A DNA stretch of 62,271 nt, filler included, from Platydemus manokwari (taxonomy: Eukaryota): the NCBI GenBank assembly GCA_037951405.1. It is 5 parts of 5 records of this genome, joined end to end, with 100 filler letters (N's around TTAATTAATTAA, not from the genome) between each part and the next. Parts side by side here need not be neighbours in the genome. Positions count along the whole stretch, not along the records: positions 23,656 to 35,327 come from JBBMOY010532218.1; positions 35,428 to 50,740 come from JBBMOY011303650.1; 3 more parts are not named here. The stretch is one strand, 5' to 3'. A program made the translations under genes and the position numbers. Below, in pieces: positions 23,839 through 35,990 of the stretch (its first letter is position 1; every line of letters begins with the position of its first letter). The notes under the pieces were generated by a model that worked only from the letters and a program-made list of their open reading frames with translations, had not been told where the DNA came from and did no database searches.

Positions 23839-26730
23839 CTTGTAATAGATTCTTGTGTTGGCCAGGACCATTGTTGTTATTGTAAAGCGACTTGTTATAT
23901 TGTAGATTAAGCCAAGATGCAACTGGATTCTGTGATACATCAACATCCTTATGGTATGGCAACAATCCAGGATTGAGTGCTTTTTGATTGATAGATTTAT
24001 CATTAAGGCTGTCGTCTTCATTTGCCAAATAATGGGCATTATTGTTGTTGTTCGTATTGGTCGACAGTCTGGTTTCACCGTACAGGCCATTGGATTCGAT
24101 AATGGTGTCTCTAAACAGGGGTGAAGAGCGGCAATTGATTCCAGGCACGTGCTTAACTCCAGCCGAAGACATTTTAACGTTGTCTGGACTTTGACAATCG
24201 ACAGAATTAGAAGAATCTCTATGATTGATAAAAATTATTATTAAAACGACTTGACAACTGTACGACACGACCAAAATTATTAATAATAATAATTATTATT
24301 ATACAAACAAACAAACACACTCACACACTCCCCGAATGTCATCGGTATCGTTGCGCAAATCGACCCAACAGAGGAAAGAAAAACAAATACTACTGCCTAA
24401 TTAGTTGAATAAAAATTTATAATTGATTTTTTAGCTTATTTATGTTTGTAAAAGAGTAATCTTCTTTAAATTACAATTAATGACAAAGACATTGAGAAAA
24501 AGTGAAAAAACATTAAATTAAGATTTACAAAATCTGGGACCCCCTCCACCCCTAAGTTACAATTTCAATATCCTCTACATATATTACACGCACACATATA
24601 CACACACATATATAACCACATAAAAATAAAAACAGATAGACACACACACACACATACAGAAATGGGCGCGCGTATGTCGTTTGTTTATCTTCTCAGTTTC
24701 ATTTAGTGATATTTGAGAATGAAGAACAATTTGCTTTTTACACCATGTCTAAAACTGATACACGATGGCGTGGTTATCAATTAATTAAATATACGAATGC
24801 TAATTAATTTAGGCTGAGACAAATTAGCTCAAGGTTCAATTCGGTAAGGATGCTGCAATATATATTGATATATCATTGATACAAGAAGCGGCAACAAAAA
24901 TTATACTAATGATATCCAATTATCTACGTTCAAGGTTAAACAAACAAAACGATAGAAAGTATACCAAGAGACGGTGATAGAGAGAGAGAGAGAGAAAAAA
25001 AATAGAGATAGAGAGATAGAGATGAAGAAATGAAAAGTCAAAAAATTGTTCATCAATCATCATTGAATCCATCGATAAATTTAAAAACGGAAATATGCCT
25101 AAAAGAGACAATTTATTTTATGTGCAATTCCACAGATCAAAATCAGATCGTTTAAATAATAAATAATTCGATAACCCTTATCATTATTATCATTACTTAG
25201 TATTATGATTATTATTTATTATTATTATTATTATTATTAAATATTATTTAATAAATATTTAATTCATAATAGTTTATAATTATAAAATTGGGAATAAAAT
25301 GACATTTTATAAATATAATTAAATCGGACTTTATATCATGTATATCAACTGATAATCCTTAAATTCCTTCTGATTTGATATAGAAACCTGTTGATCACTA
25401 TAAAGACAGAAAATTGTGAACAATCTAATACGATTGGTTTTAAAAATAGGCTTAAAACACCGCTCAAAATTGGTGAACTCATGTATAGATATACATATAT
25501 ATATATATATCACAAATAACTGTTAGTGCAAATATGGCGTATTAAAATCGATAATATTTTATCGAATTAAAAGACATTTCAAATCATCACAACTGTCAAT
25601 AAATATTGTTCTTCTTTTGTGATAATATCATTTTAATGACCAAACTAATATGGTGTTCTCACAACATCATATATTGATGGCCAATATATATCAATCGATC
25701 CAAAAAAACACAAATAACATATTTGTCTTAAAAGCGGTTTCTGTTGGATTTTCTCGTGACCAGTTTTTTTTCGGTGACCATTAAACAGTCAAAAACAAAT
25801 TTGTATTCCATTCAATACACCAATCGAAACACAACATGACAAATGAAACAGTGATTCCACTGTTGTCAATGGGGACATCACAGTGGATAAAGATTTCGAA
25901 TGTGACATTCGACGTCACGGTTTTTTTTTAAGAAAAAAATTTTTAGTCGTCCTTTCATGCATAACAAGTAAATAAACAAAAATGAAAAAGAAAACAGATT
26001 CGATGAAATTATCGATATGACAAAACCAACAAATGCAATGGAAGAAAAAATTCGTTACCACAGAATGATTGATAAATAATAGGAAATTCTCGAAAGCAAA
26101 TATTTGAAAAAAAAGATTCGCTTTGATTAAAACAAAAATTACAATAATAATGTTTGTAACATGAATATTGTTCATGTAATTTGATTTGAGGAAAAATTGT
26201 CAATGGAAATCATTGGTAATTTGTAAATAATTGAAATAATAATTAATGATAAATCGATTGGATTAGAAAAAATCAATAACATCGAATTATGAATGAGTCT
26301 GAGATGAAGCCAATTTAGCAAAGACAAAACAATTAAGCCCCCCCCTTCCAGATAAATCAAACAAATTAAATATATCCATCCAAATATTAACATTTTATAC
26401 CCAAAAAAATAACTTACATTGGTTTCAAATTGTTCACTCTGATATTTGTTGTCACTGGTTGCACGGAATTGATTATATCGATTTCCGGAGAATTCTTTAA
26501 ATTATTGTTATTAAGGCATAAATTGGATTCATCTGTTACTACTGATTGTCTATCAGTAACCGTTGTGAGCAAATCAACTGAGAACTTTGTCGGCACAATT
26601 TTAGATTGATATTCTATGACAATCAATTAGTTTTTAAATCAATTAGATGAATTATTATTTATCCAATATTACTTTCATCAGTGGAATGCAATCTCGATTG
26701 GCTGGTTAATATCTGAACAGAAAATGACAT
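23839..26730 (-). CDS. 5' part of a probable transcription factor with two eh1-like motifs; exons 26730-26673, 26613-26418, 24218-23839; continues beyond the contig end
   Basis: ATG at 26730; introns of 59 bp (phase 1) and 2199 bp (phase 2) with GTAATA/GTAAGT donors and TAG acceptors give one open frame MSFSVQILTS...TKFSVDLLTT...NPVASWLNLQY...KNLLQ, ending at a GTAATT donor. The gene structure is well supported; the function is inferred only from the motifs and Asn/Ser-rich composition, as no DNA-binding domain is present in the window. Confidence 0.7.
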
Positions 26731-26977
26731 TCTTTAAATAAATATATCGCGATTTTTTTTTGATTTTTTTTAAAAATAATTTTCGCAAATAAATAAATGA
26801 GAAATAATTTTCGAATTATTCCAAACACAGATAGATCAGAACAGAGGCAGAGTGCGAGAGAGAGAGAAAAATCATAAAATGAAAAACCAAAATCAATACT
26901 AACCAAATGAAAATAAAATAATTGTTAAAGTCATTGTCATTATAATCCTGTTATAATGTAAAACTATCCACGTTTTC

Positions 26978-26999
26978 ATTGGTTCGTTTTCTGGCCAAT
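26978..26999. promoter_or_regulatory. Pair of oppositely oriented CCAAT boxes ~250 bp upstream of the ATG at 26730
   Basis: ATTGG at 26978-26982 and CCAAT at 26995-26999, next to a GA-rich stretch near 26840-26867. Motif match only. Confidence 0.3.
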
Positions 27000-27835
27000 A
27001 GAAACTCACCATTGAATATTTCATTTTATGCCACATTCCGTTCTAATCTTGTGGCAAAAGAATTTCATTGAAAGAAAAACACAGTTGTAAAGTGTAATCT
27101 ATATGGATAGGTAAATGAATTCATAGGTGAGTAACGCATCAGAAAATCATTGGAGAAAAAACAAAATTTACAATATTGTCGTTCTTAATCTTTTTAAGAA
27201 GTTCCTCAGATTTTGTCATAATAATCTTATTTGATGACCGTCAACAAGGGACGAAAAATTATAGTTGTTGTAAAATTGCACAGGAAAACTAATTTAGAGC
27301 AAAGTTTTTTACAACGATAAATGGGCAAAACGAGTGAATTAAATTCCCATAAAATGATCGAATTATGTAAACTGGTGTTGTTTTATGTTCCATAAATTCG
27401 ATGTCTCGTTGAAAATGTACAGGAAATTTATTACCGATAATTGTCAGTAGTACATGCATAACATCAAATAAATTCCATAATTTTAATGAGGTCCTGCGAC
27501 ATAAAATATTTATGAATTTGAAATTACGACGAAATGGGATTTTTAAAAAAATTACAAAACTCCAGAGATAGATAAAATTTATCGAAAAAATGCCGTTAAA
27601 ACTAAATTGTCGATTTTGTCGGTTTTTTCTGTTTAAGAGAGTGATCAAATACTTTATGACTTAATAGAAAATTAGTTTCCAAATGGAAACAATTCCGTAA
27701 ATTGTTTTAATTAACCAAACCAAATAATCGATAATTGCATGCCTTCCATATAAATTATCATTAATAAGCTTATAATAGAAAATAATATCAAATAAATTAA
27801 TTTTAATAAAATGGTTGAAAATAATCAAGTCAATT

Positions 27836-27976
27836 ATGATGACAGTAACAAAAATATAGATAATAATAATAACAATTATAATAATTATAATAATGTTAAT
27901 AATAATAGTAACAATAATAATAGTGATAATAATCGTAATAATAATAATTATTATAATTATTATAGTGACAATAATA
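27836..27976. repeat. Degenerate (AAT)n microsatellite
   Basis: Runs of AAT/AAC/GAT triplets, which explain the poly-Ile and poly-Asn ORFs in the track. Confidence 0.85.
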
Positions 27977-29055
27977 CAAAGGTTCTTATTACTCAAGATG
28001 CCATATAAACTGTCAATTAGAAAGTGGAGTCACAATGTATCCACAAAAATGTTTACACGACTTTGGTTTAGAATGAAAAGAATCATGAAATAATTACTTG
28101 TTAACGTTTTCCGGATGCGTAGGTTCAATAATTCAAGAAGAATGCCGTAATAGACTTGAATAATCACATGTCAATGTTCAAGAACTGCTGATATCGACTA
28201 ATGACAAAGCAAATCTTCTTAATGTCTTCTGATATAATGAGTTGATAATAACTTCAACGATAGTAATGCAATAACGTGTGTCGATTGTAAAACTTCGTAC
28301 ATACAGTATAAAGCTAATTTTAGTACAGCTATAATGAATATTCATCTTGTATCAATATTTATACAGTTTTGTGCTTTGTATTCAAGTCTTTGTGACGCAT
28401 GCGTTTTACTTCTTTGTTAAAATTTGTTTACTCAGGCTAGGCGTTGTTTCATTATTTTCTATTGATTTACACGTTGTGATCGATGTGATATTTGTGTTCA
28501 TGTGTTTTTATTATAACTTTAATGAATACAAACAGAGGCAGAAAATTGCAGGCTTTATATTTATAGTCTTTTCTATTTTCCTCACGTGTTTTGCTTGCAT
28601 TTTTGTCATATGGAAAATATTCTTTTTTAGAATTTTTAGCTTTTTGTAAAAGTCTTTAATTTTTTTAATTATTTTGATGCGTGTGCCATGCTTTTATGGT
28701 TATTATTATTAGGCTGGTAATATTAAAGGCACTTTTGTCATTATATATATGCTGCATGTCTGTTATTGATTATCATTGTTGTATATACCAATATCAATTC
28801 GTTAAGTATCTTCCATAAGAATTCATACGGCATTAAGTTGTAATGTCATTAAATCATAAATTACATGAAACACTACATTTGTAAGACATAATTTGAGCTC
28901 AAAGATCTGCTAATTATTGAATAAATCTCAATTAACTCTAATTAGAAAACATTTTGTCCAATCACATTTCTTGCTCAAAATAATTGAGTCAAACTACACC
29001 AATTGCAGCTTATTTCAAAAAGAAGAATTGAAATTTCTGTTATTATCTTCAACAG

Positions 29056-29497
29056 ATGTGGAAAAATAATCGAGTAGTTCATATGTTGTCAGATGGTCAT
29101 TTCGATTCTTTGATTGACCTACGTATTACGGAATTCAGTCCTTTCGTTTGTGAGTAATATATTATCTATATTTTTCTCATTTCATTGAAAACAACGTATC
29201 AATTAATTTAACAATATTATTTTTCATTGGAAACGTTCCAGAGGAGAAGTTTGTAATTTAAAAAAAATATCCAAAATCAAATTCATGTTTTGTATTGACT
29301 TGAATGCATTTTGTTGTTTTGTGTTCAGTTGCACCGGTCTCGTTAGGAAAATCCTCAAAGACTCAAGTGATAAAAGAAGGTTATCTTTTCAAAATAAAAT
29401 GTCAAGCCGATGGAAATCCAATTCCGAAAATCGACTGGTTTCTGAACGGTACAAAAATCGATGAAAAATATGAGGATATTCAAATACAAATTAACGG
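29056..29497 (+). CDS. Partial I-set immunoglobulin-domain gene (FGFR/FGFRL-like or adhesion receptor); exons 29056-29149 and 29329-29497
   Basis: APVSLGKSSKTQVIKEGYLFKIKCQADGNPIPKIDWFLNG carries the I-set C-x-A-x-G-x-P-x-P-x-I-x-W signature. A phase-1 intron (GTGAGT...TTCAG) precedes the domain and a GTAAAT donor follows 29497. The second half of the domain was not found in this contig. Confidence 0.75.
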
Positions 29498-32400
29498 GTA
29501 AATTGAGTTCATTGTGACGACGTTTAAAAATTACAAATACCTCAACATTGAAAATCTAATTTAGTTTTATTTATATTATTAATATCACATATATTCATAT
29601 TATTCTGGGAGTAAATAATTGATGTTATATTAATTGCCTTCTGTACATTAAATTTTAAATCGTTGTGGTTTATTTTGTTTACAGCACATGTGAACATTCT
29701 TTTTTGAAAAGAATCGTACTTTCAAACAAATGAAATTATTAAAAAATCTTATTAAGCTGAACTTTCAATTAGAATGAAATAAAATTTCTGTTTTATAAAA
29801 ATATATTTATTCACAAAAATCAATACCATCACTGAGAAAAAATTATTTTCCTTTTATCAATTCTAAATATTTTTGATTTTATTTACTGTTATAAAGTAAA
29901 TTCAATTTTTTTCCATCACGATATTCACAAATAAGATGCTAATAAAAAACCTCGTTGCAGATCACATTATCATTTTATTTTTAAAAAATCGAACTAATGC
30001 TTGAATGTACTCAGTGTTATATAAATCGTTTATCTATGATGGGGGAATAAACACGATTAATTATTTTATAAATAAATAGATTCCAATGACGTTGCGAATA
30101 AGTAAATAATTTTAAAAAGAAATGTATGAGAAATAAAGGATTCATCTACAATAAAATGTAAACAACTAGCAAGTCTTTGCAGAAAAATATTTTCAAATAA
30201 TACAACTTTTGATTTGCTTCTCAATGAATAACATATTTTTTCATTTTATATAATTAATTATTATTAAATATTACTAAAATTTATTAAATATTACTAATAA
30301 TTAATTTCGAATAATATCATAAAAAAGCATTTTATTATTTAATTAATTTAAGAATTTGTGTTTTTATTATTTGCAACTATTTTTTGTTAAAACTTGTTTG
30401 ATGATGTTATATCAGCAATATTCGACTGTAATTTCATTTCTAAAATAGAATATTTGGAAAAGTAATATTACCAAAACTTTTTTATTCAATTTAATATGGT
30501 TTTCCTACATTAAAATTAATTTAATAAAATTAATTTTACTGGAAACTTAGTAATATAAAACGATGTATATATATATATATATATATGTAATAGGGAAAGA
30601 ATTTATTATATAAAATTTATTTGTCGAAATGACTTAACCACCGTTAAATGTTACTAATTACTAATTAAATACTCAAATATAATTTAAAATTAAAAATTAT
30701 ATATTTATAAAAATTTACCATATCAAAATAACAATGATTTTGTTTAAATATTGGTGCTATAAATCATGTTTTTTTAAAAGTATTACTTTTTCGAAATATA
30801 TCTAAAATTAAATAGAACTACTAGCAGCTAATAATTACTATTAACTTTCTTCTAAGCAATTTTTTCGCATGGTAAAGATTTTCGGTGTATTAAAATGAGA
30901 CTTTGAAGTTCTTTAATTATAATTATAAAAACAATTGGAACCGATCTAAAATTTTCGATAAGCTGTTAATAAAGTTAAGAATTAGAATTGTAGTGTTAAA
31001 GCATAAAAGCGGTTTTCTGTGATTATTTTAAACCTTTTTAGTTATATTGCTTTCATTATATATATACAGCTTTGAGGAAATGAAATTGATTTTTGTGTTT
31101 CATAATATTAATACTAATAATACCGTAATTTATTCTAAAATCATTTGAAGTATTAATCTCCTTTTATGATTATCCTATGCAACGATCAACTGTAACTAGT
31201 GAATTTATTTAGGTATTTTAATAATCCCTATAAATGAATTTCCATCGCTAATCAGATTATTAATGTTTTTTATTGATTAAAACAACTACTGAGGAAATTT
31301 GCTATTAATTCCTTTTATTGTTAATGGTTGATTGTACACTGCTATTATGTTTGAGGAAGTCTGAATCGGTTAATGTTTCAGTTTTAATCTGGTAGAACAA
31401 AATCAATTTTTGAAAAAAATATATCATTATAGCTATAATTTTCAATGATTTTTCAGTTTTGATGTGATACGATTTAGTAGTTCTGACAATTTCTATGATG
31501 ATTTAGTTGTCACGCGGATCTCAAAAATAAATCTCTTTCGGTAGTTTAATCATATCGTGATAGAATTGATTTGTTTCATCTATATTTTTTTAAAATATAA
31601 AATACATGAAATAAATATTTTATAAATTTTGATGATTTTTTTTTCAAAGCAAAAAATCCATTAGAATAATTTTTAAATGATGTATCAAGTCTACTCATTA
31701 ATTACGTGATTTATTGGAAACATTTTTAGAGGGATACTAAAAGTATATCGTTAAAATCAACATCTGGTCTTGGACAAAGTAATGAGAAATTATTTAAAAT
31801 TGTCTCTTTGTTTATAGCCCATTAGAGTAATTATTATTTAATACAACGTAGAAATCAGATGCTCTTTAATGGTCTTTAACAGTAGATTTAAACAAGAGAT
31901 AGCAAAAAACTAGTTCCTTACTAGATACCTTAAAACTGTGAGAGTATATTACTTGATAAAATCGGTTATCTTTTGATATTTTGACCGTGTTAATTGAAAA
32001 CTTTAAAAATACTCTGATATTTACTTCTTCAATTTCAATAATGATTAAATGTTGTCATTGTATTGATTGTTAAATAGTTTGATTTTGTAATCCTAGTGAT
32101 CTTGAACCGTTATCAATAACCACTACTGAGAATAGCAGTTTTTTTCGATAATACTTTATATAATTAGACTATATCATTGTAAAAGATTTTTCTTTAATTG
32201 ATGATGAAATACTTATAGATCAAATTACTTTTGCAATTACGGAAAAAAACCATTACTTCAATTTCACTCGACTCCCTTTAGAGATGATTATCGATTTTTA
32301 TTATGGTAAAAAAAATGTTCGATTTTTATCAAAAATTTCTTTCATTTCAAATTCATGTCTAGTAGGCACTTACCATTATCAAATAAATTGAACCTAATGG

Positions 32401-35327
32401 AACACTCTCCAGAGCATAATTTACGATTATTTTATTTATGGTTACAAAGAAAAAAAAACTATTTCCATTTATTGTGTTGAAATATTTTGGTTTTTACTGA
32501 AATAAATTTTAATAGTTACGTTTTGCTTATCAAAAACCTAAATCAAGAATTATCTACCCAACTAATTATGCTTGAAACATTAAACGAATATTACTTTTTC
32601 TCTCAGACATGTTGTCGACCATTCTTTGACCGGACAACATTCGATTGAAGGATTTTTTTTTGTTTCATCTATGTTCAATGACAAAAGTGGTGAAAAAATT
32701 TCTAAGACACACACAACTGAAGCATACAATCACAAGATACAAGAATGTAAATGAAACACAAATCACCAAACGAATCTTTATAGACCATTAGAATTTGCAT
32801 ACAAATTGATAATTAAAAGTTAAATTGAGTATTTTACTGAAGTTGAAAACCACTCTGGTGAGACAATATGCACTTGAAAGGAAAAGATTTTCAGGAGCAG
32901 AAAAATTTTTTTTAATGAACTTTACAAAAATGGAACTTTAGTCTTATGGCGGTATTTGATTTTTACTATAGAGGATTGTTTTATTTTTCATATAATTTAT
33001 CTTTCTCTATCATAAATAACTGTTGAAAATTCTGAATTAGATTTATTGATAACAATGATTTTGATATCATCTCGATGGATCTGGATAGACAATTCCTTTG
33101 GTTATTATCCGCCGCATTTATTTTTACAATCATTTTATTAGATTCCAATAGCAATAAAGCTTAGTTTTTTAAGGTAAAATATTAACTTTAATTTAACATT
33201 AGCCTGGTTTACTTTATCGCTAGTTTTTATAAGAATTTCAAACCTGTTCTTTAAAAGATTACTTTCTATAAAAACTTTTAAATGTAAATTTAATTAAATA
33301 TTTTCAATATTAAAATATTTTTTAAAGTTTTTTTTATTGTCATTTATGGCTTTATTTTGAAAAAATGTATTTCATTCTTGTGATATAGTTTTTGTTTAAA
33401 TAAATTTTTATTTATATATTAGAACGTTGCAAAAAATTTAATTTACTACCCAGGCTTGCAAAATATCGAATCAAAATTTCGGCTTAAATTAAGAAAAGGA
33501 GTCCTTTGATCTACTTTCGCGCATGAGAAAGTTTTATAACTTAATTTTATACATAATTGGTATGCTTGATTTATTCGTATAATTCAGTTAATATTTTACT
33601 TTTTTCGGATCTCTAATATGAATAAAATATAGCTTTGAACCAAGTTCCTATTTGAATCACAACACTTCTATATGTTTATTTGAGTTTTTAAATTTAAATA
33701 TTTTTTTAAAATTAGAAATCGAGTTAGTTAATTACAGACATGTTTAATAGTATCATTGGTTATTTTAAAAATTAAGACTACCTTCCAATCTGCTTATAAT
33801 GTTTTAAGAAAAAGGATTCCTCACTAATTTTCAATAATTTACAATTTGACCTACATAGATCCCTTTTTAAAATAATCAAATTTTAGGAGATTTACTGTAT
33901 TTAATGTTTGATTTCAAACAGCTAAAAAGCTTCTTGAATATTTCAATCAAAATTTTCAGATGTTTTTAAATAATATAATTAAATTAACTATATAGGTTTT
34001 TGCAATACACTCAACAAATTTAAAATTTTATTTTAGGACCCCTTTTCTAAACTTTAACAAAAATTTATATTTATTATGTTAGTTTATATGTATTCTTAAA
34101 ACAAAGACTGCCGAGATGATCACTGTGGTTTAGATTAATTATAAAACAAATTTTTTAACAAGATAAATATCAACAAACTTTTTATTAACGTAGATAAATT
34201 ATATAGAATATAGATAGATCAAGATTATATAGAATATGTACCCATTCTTATTATATTGAATATGTAAAAATTGAGAGAAATTGAAAAACAGTATTTTTAA
34301 ATTGTCCCAGAATTGAATTGAATATACTCGATATCGTTTTATGAATAATGAAAGAATATCAAGATTCAACTATCAAACGAAGGGCGGATGTTTAAAAGTT
34401 TATTTTAGCAATTATAATTCTGAAATAAATATTTGATTCATCTGTCAGCTGATCTCGAAATCAAACCAAATTGCCAACTGATCAAACTTGGCAAATTGGA
34501 GAACGAATTAAATGAAAATGTGAGGAACCCCATATATTTAGGAGATATAAAACTTGTAATTCATTAACACTGGGGAAAAGGAACAAAAGAATTTCGTTGA
34601 TTTAAGAGTCGATTTTTTTCCACCACATTGGTCAGCCTTTTTGATTATTAAAGAAAATTCTGCTTATTTTTCGAAAAAATATACATTTTACTTAGTGATT
34701 TCATTTCGAATACGTCTTGTACTGCGTCTGATGAACGTAAAATGAACCCAATTGCTAGTTGCTTGAATTCACCTCAAATGATTTTTATCCAACTGGCAAA
34801 GGTTTTTAAATTAATGGCTAATATACTTTCGTCGATCAAAGTCATACGGATTAGTGGAATATATCGCGAATTACTAAATGAAACGAGGATGTTCTTGCTA
34901 TGATACTAATTGCCATTAATTAGTCGTATCCAAGAAATACCAAAAATTTGGCATCACCATAGATAATATCGAGAAATTGGAAATAAATTGCTTTAGGAAT
35001 TTTAATAATTAAATATATTTTTCACTTAATATATGACCAACTAATGTCTAGGATATTTTTAAAATGCGATTTTTCTCATTCATATAAATCCACCAAATAA
35101 AATGTCGACGTGTGAAACAATCAAAAGTAAATCACAACCAATATTGTTGGTTGCCAAAATTTCTTCGTTTTTAATTTTCAAATCAAATTTCATGTTTTCA
35201 ACAAAACAAAGAATATCTTGATTTCAATACACTCATTTTCTAACAAACTTTAAAATTTATTTCCATCTGATTTGTCTTCATTTTAAATTTACATAAAAAT
35301 CTCCATATTTTTATATTACATGTTATT

Positions 35328-35427
35328 NNNNNNNNNNNNNNNNNNNNNNNNNNNNNNNNNNNNNNNNNNNNTTAATTAATTAANNNNNNNNNNNNNNNNN
35401 NNNNNNNNNNNNNNNNNNNNNNNNNNN
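35328..35427. other. Artificial contig linker
   Basis: 44N-TTAATTAATTAA-44N. Confidence 0.97.
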
Positions 35428-35849
35428 ATGTTCAGCGTTATAACAATTTGTGTTAATAAAATACCTGCATAAAAACATGAATAACTTTTGACTCAACCTG
35501 GTAAATCCCACAATTATGATTTCATTAAAGAACCATGAAATGTAAGAAATAATAAAATCAGATATACAAGATGATTATCTTCACTTATATCTTTAGAAAA
35601 GTTATATTTTCTTGCGAAGATTGACAAGAATCAATTTTCTCGAATCTGTAGTAGTAGTTCTTACAATGAAGGATAACGAAGGCTTCAATAAATAAAATTC
35701 TTGTTTTTATTTCTCCAACTTATTCTACACGAATAACTATATTTCAGGAGAAATTGCTCCTTCTTTTACGAAACTTTATAATGCCAATCAGTATCAGTGG
35801 AACAATATGTGTAAGCGTGAGGGAACAATGAGCTATATAAAGATTTGAG

Positions 35850-35990
35850 TGGAAAAACCATCAATAAAAGATATCAATTGGAAAATAGTGTTACAAAATA
35901 TTCGGGAAGATAGAATTAACAAAGATAGGAGATATGTGACACAGATCATCAAACATAGACATAAGATTTTAATCTATAATTACGGTTTGA
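35850..35990 (+). mobile_element. Possible decayed L1/Tx1-type LINE ORF2 C-terminal fragment
   Basis: DINWKIVLQNIREDRINKDRRYVTQIIKHRHKIL resembles the W-xx-IW...K-x-R...KI-x-H-xx-L segment that precedes the zf-RVT knuckle. Flanked by stops. Confidence 0.3.

Noticed and set aside
27661-28093. Poly-Ile and poly-Asn ORFs
   Set aside because: Translations of an AAT microsatellite.
31730-31760. Candidate next exon of the Ig gene (GGILKVYR)
   Set aside because: In-frame TAA after eight codons and no second Ig cysteine motif (DxGxYxC).
29500-35327. Long AT-rich stretch after the Ig exon
   Set aside because: No ORF, RNA gene or clearly bounded element recognised; probably intron with old repeat debris.
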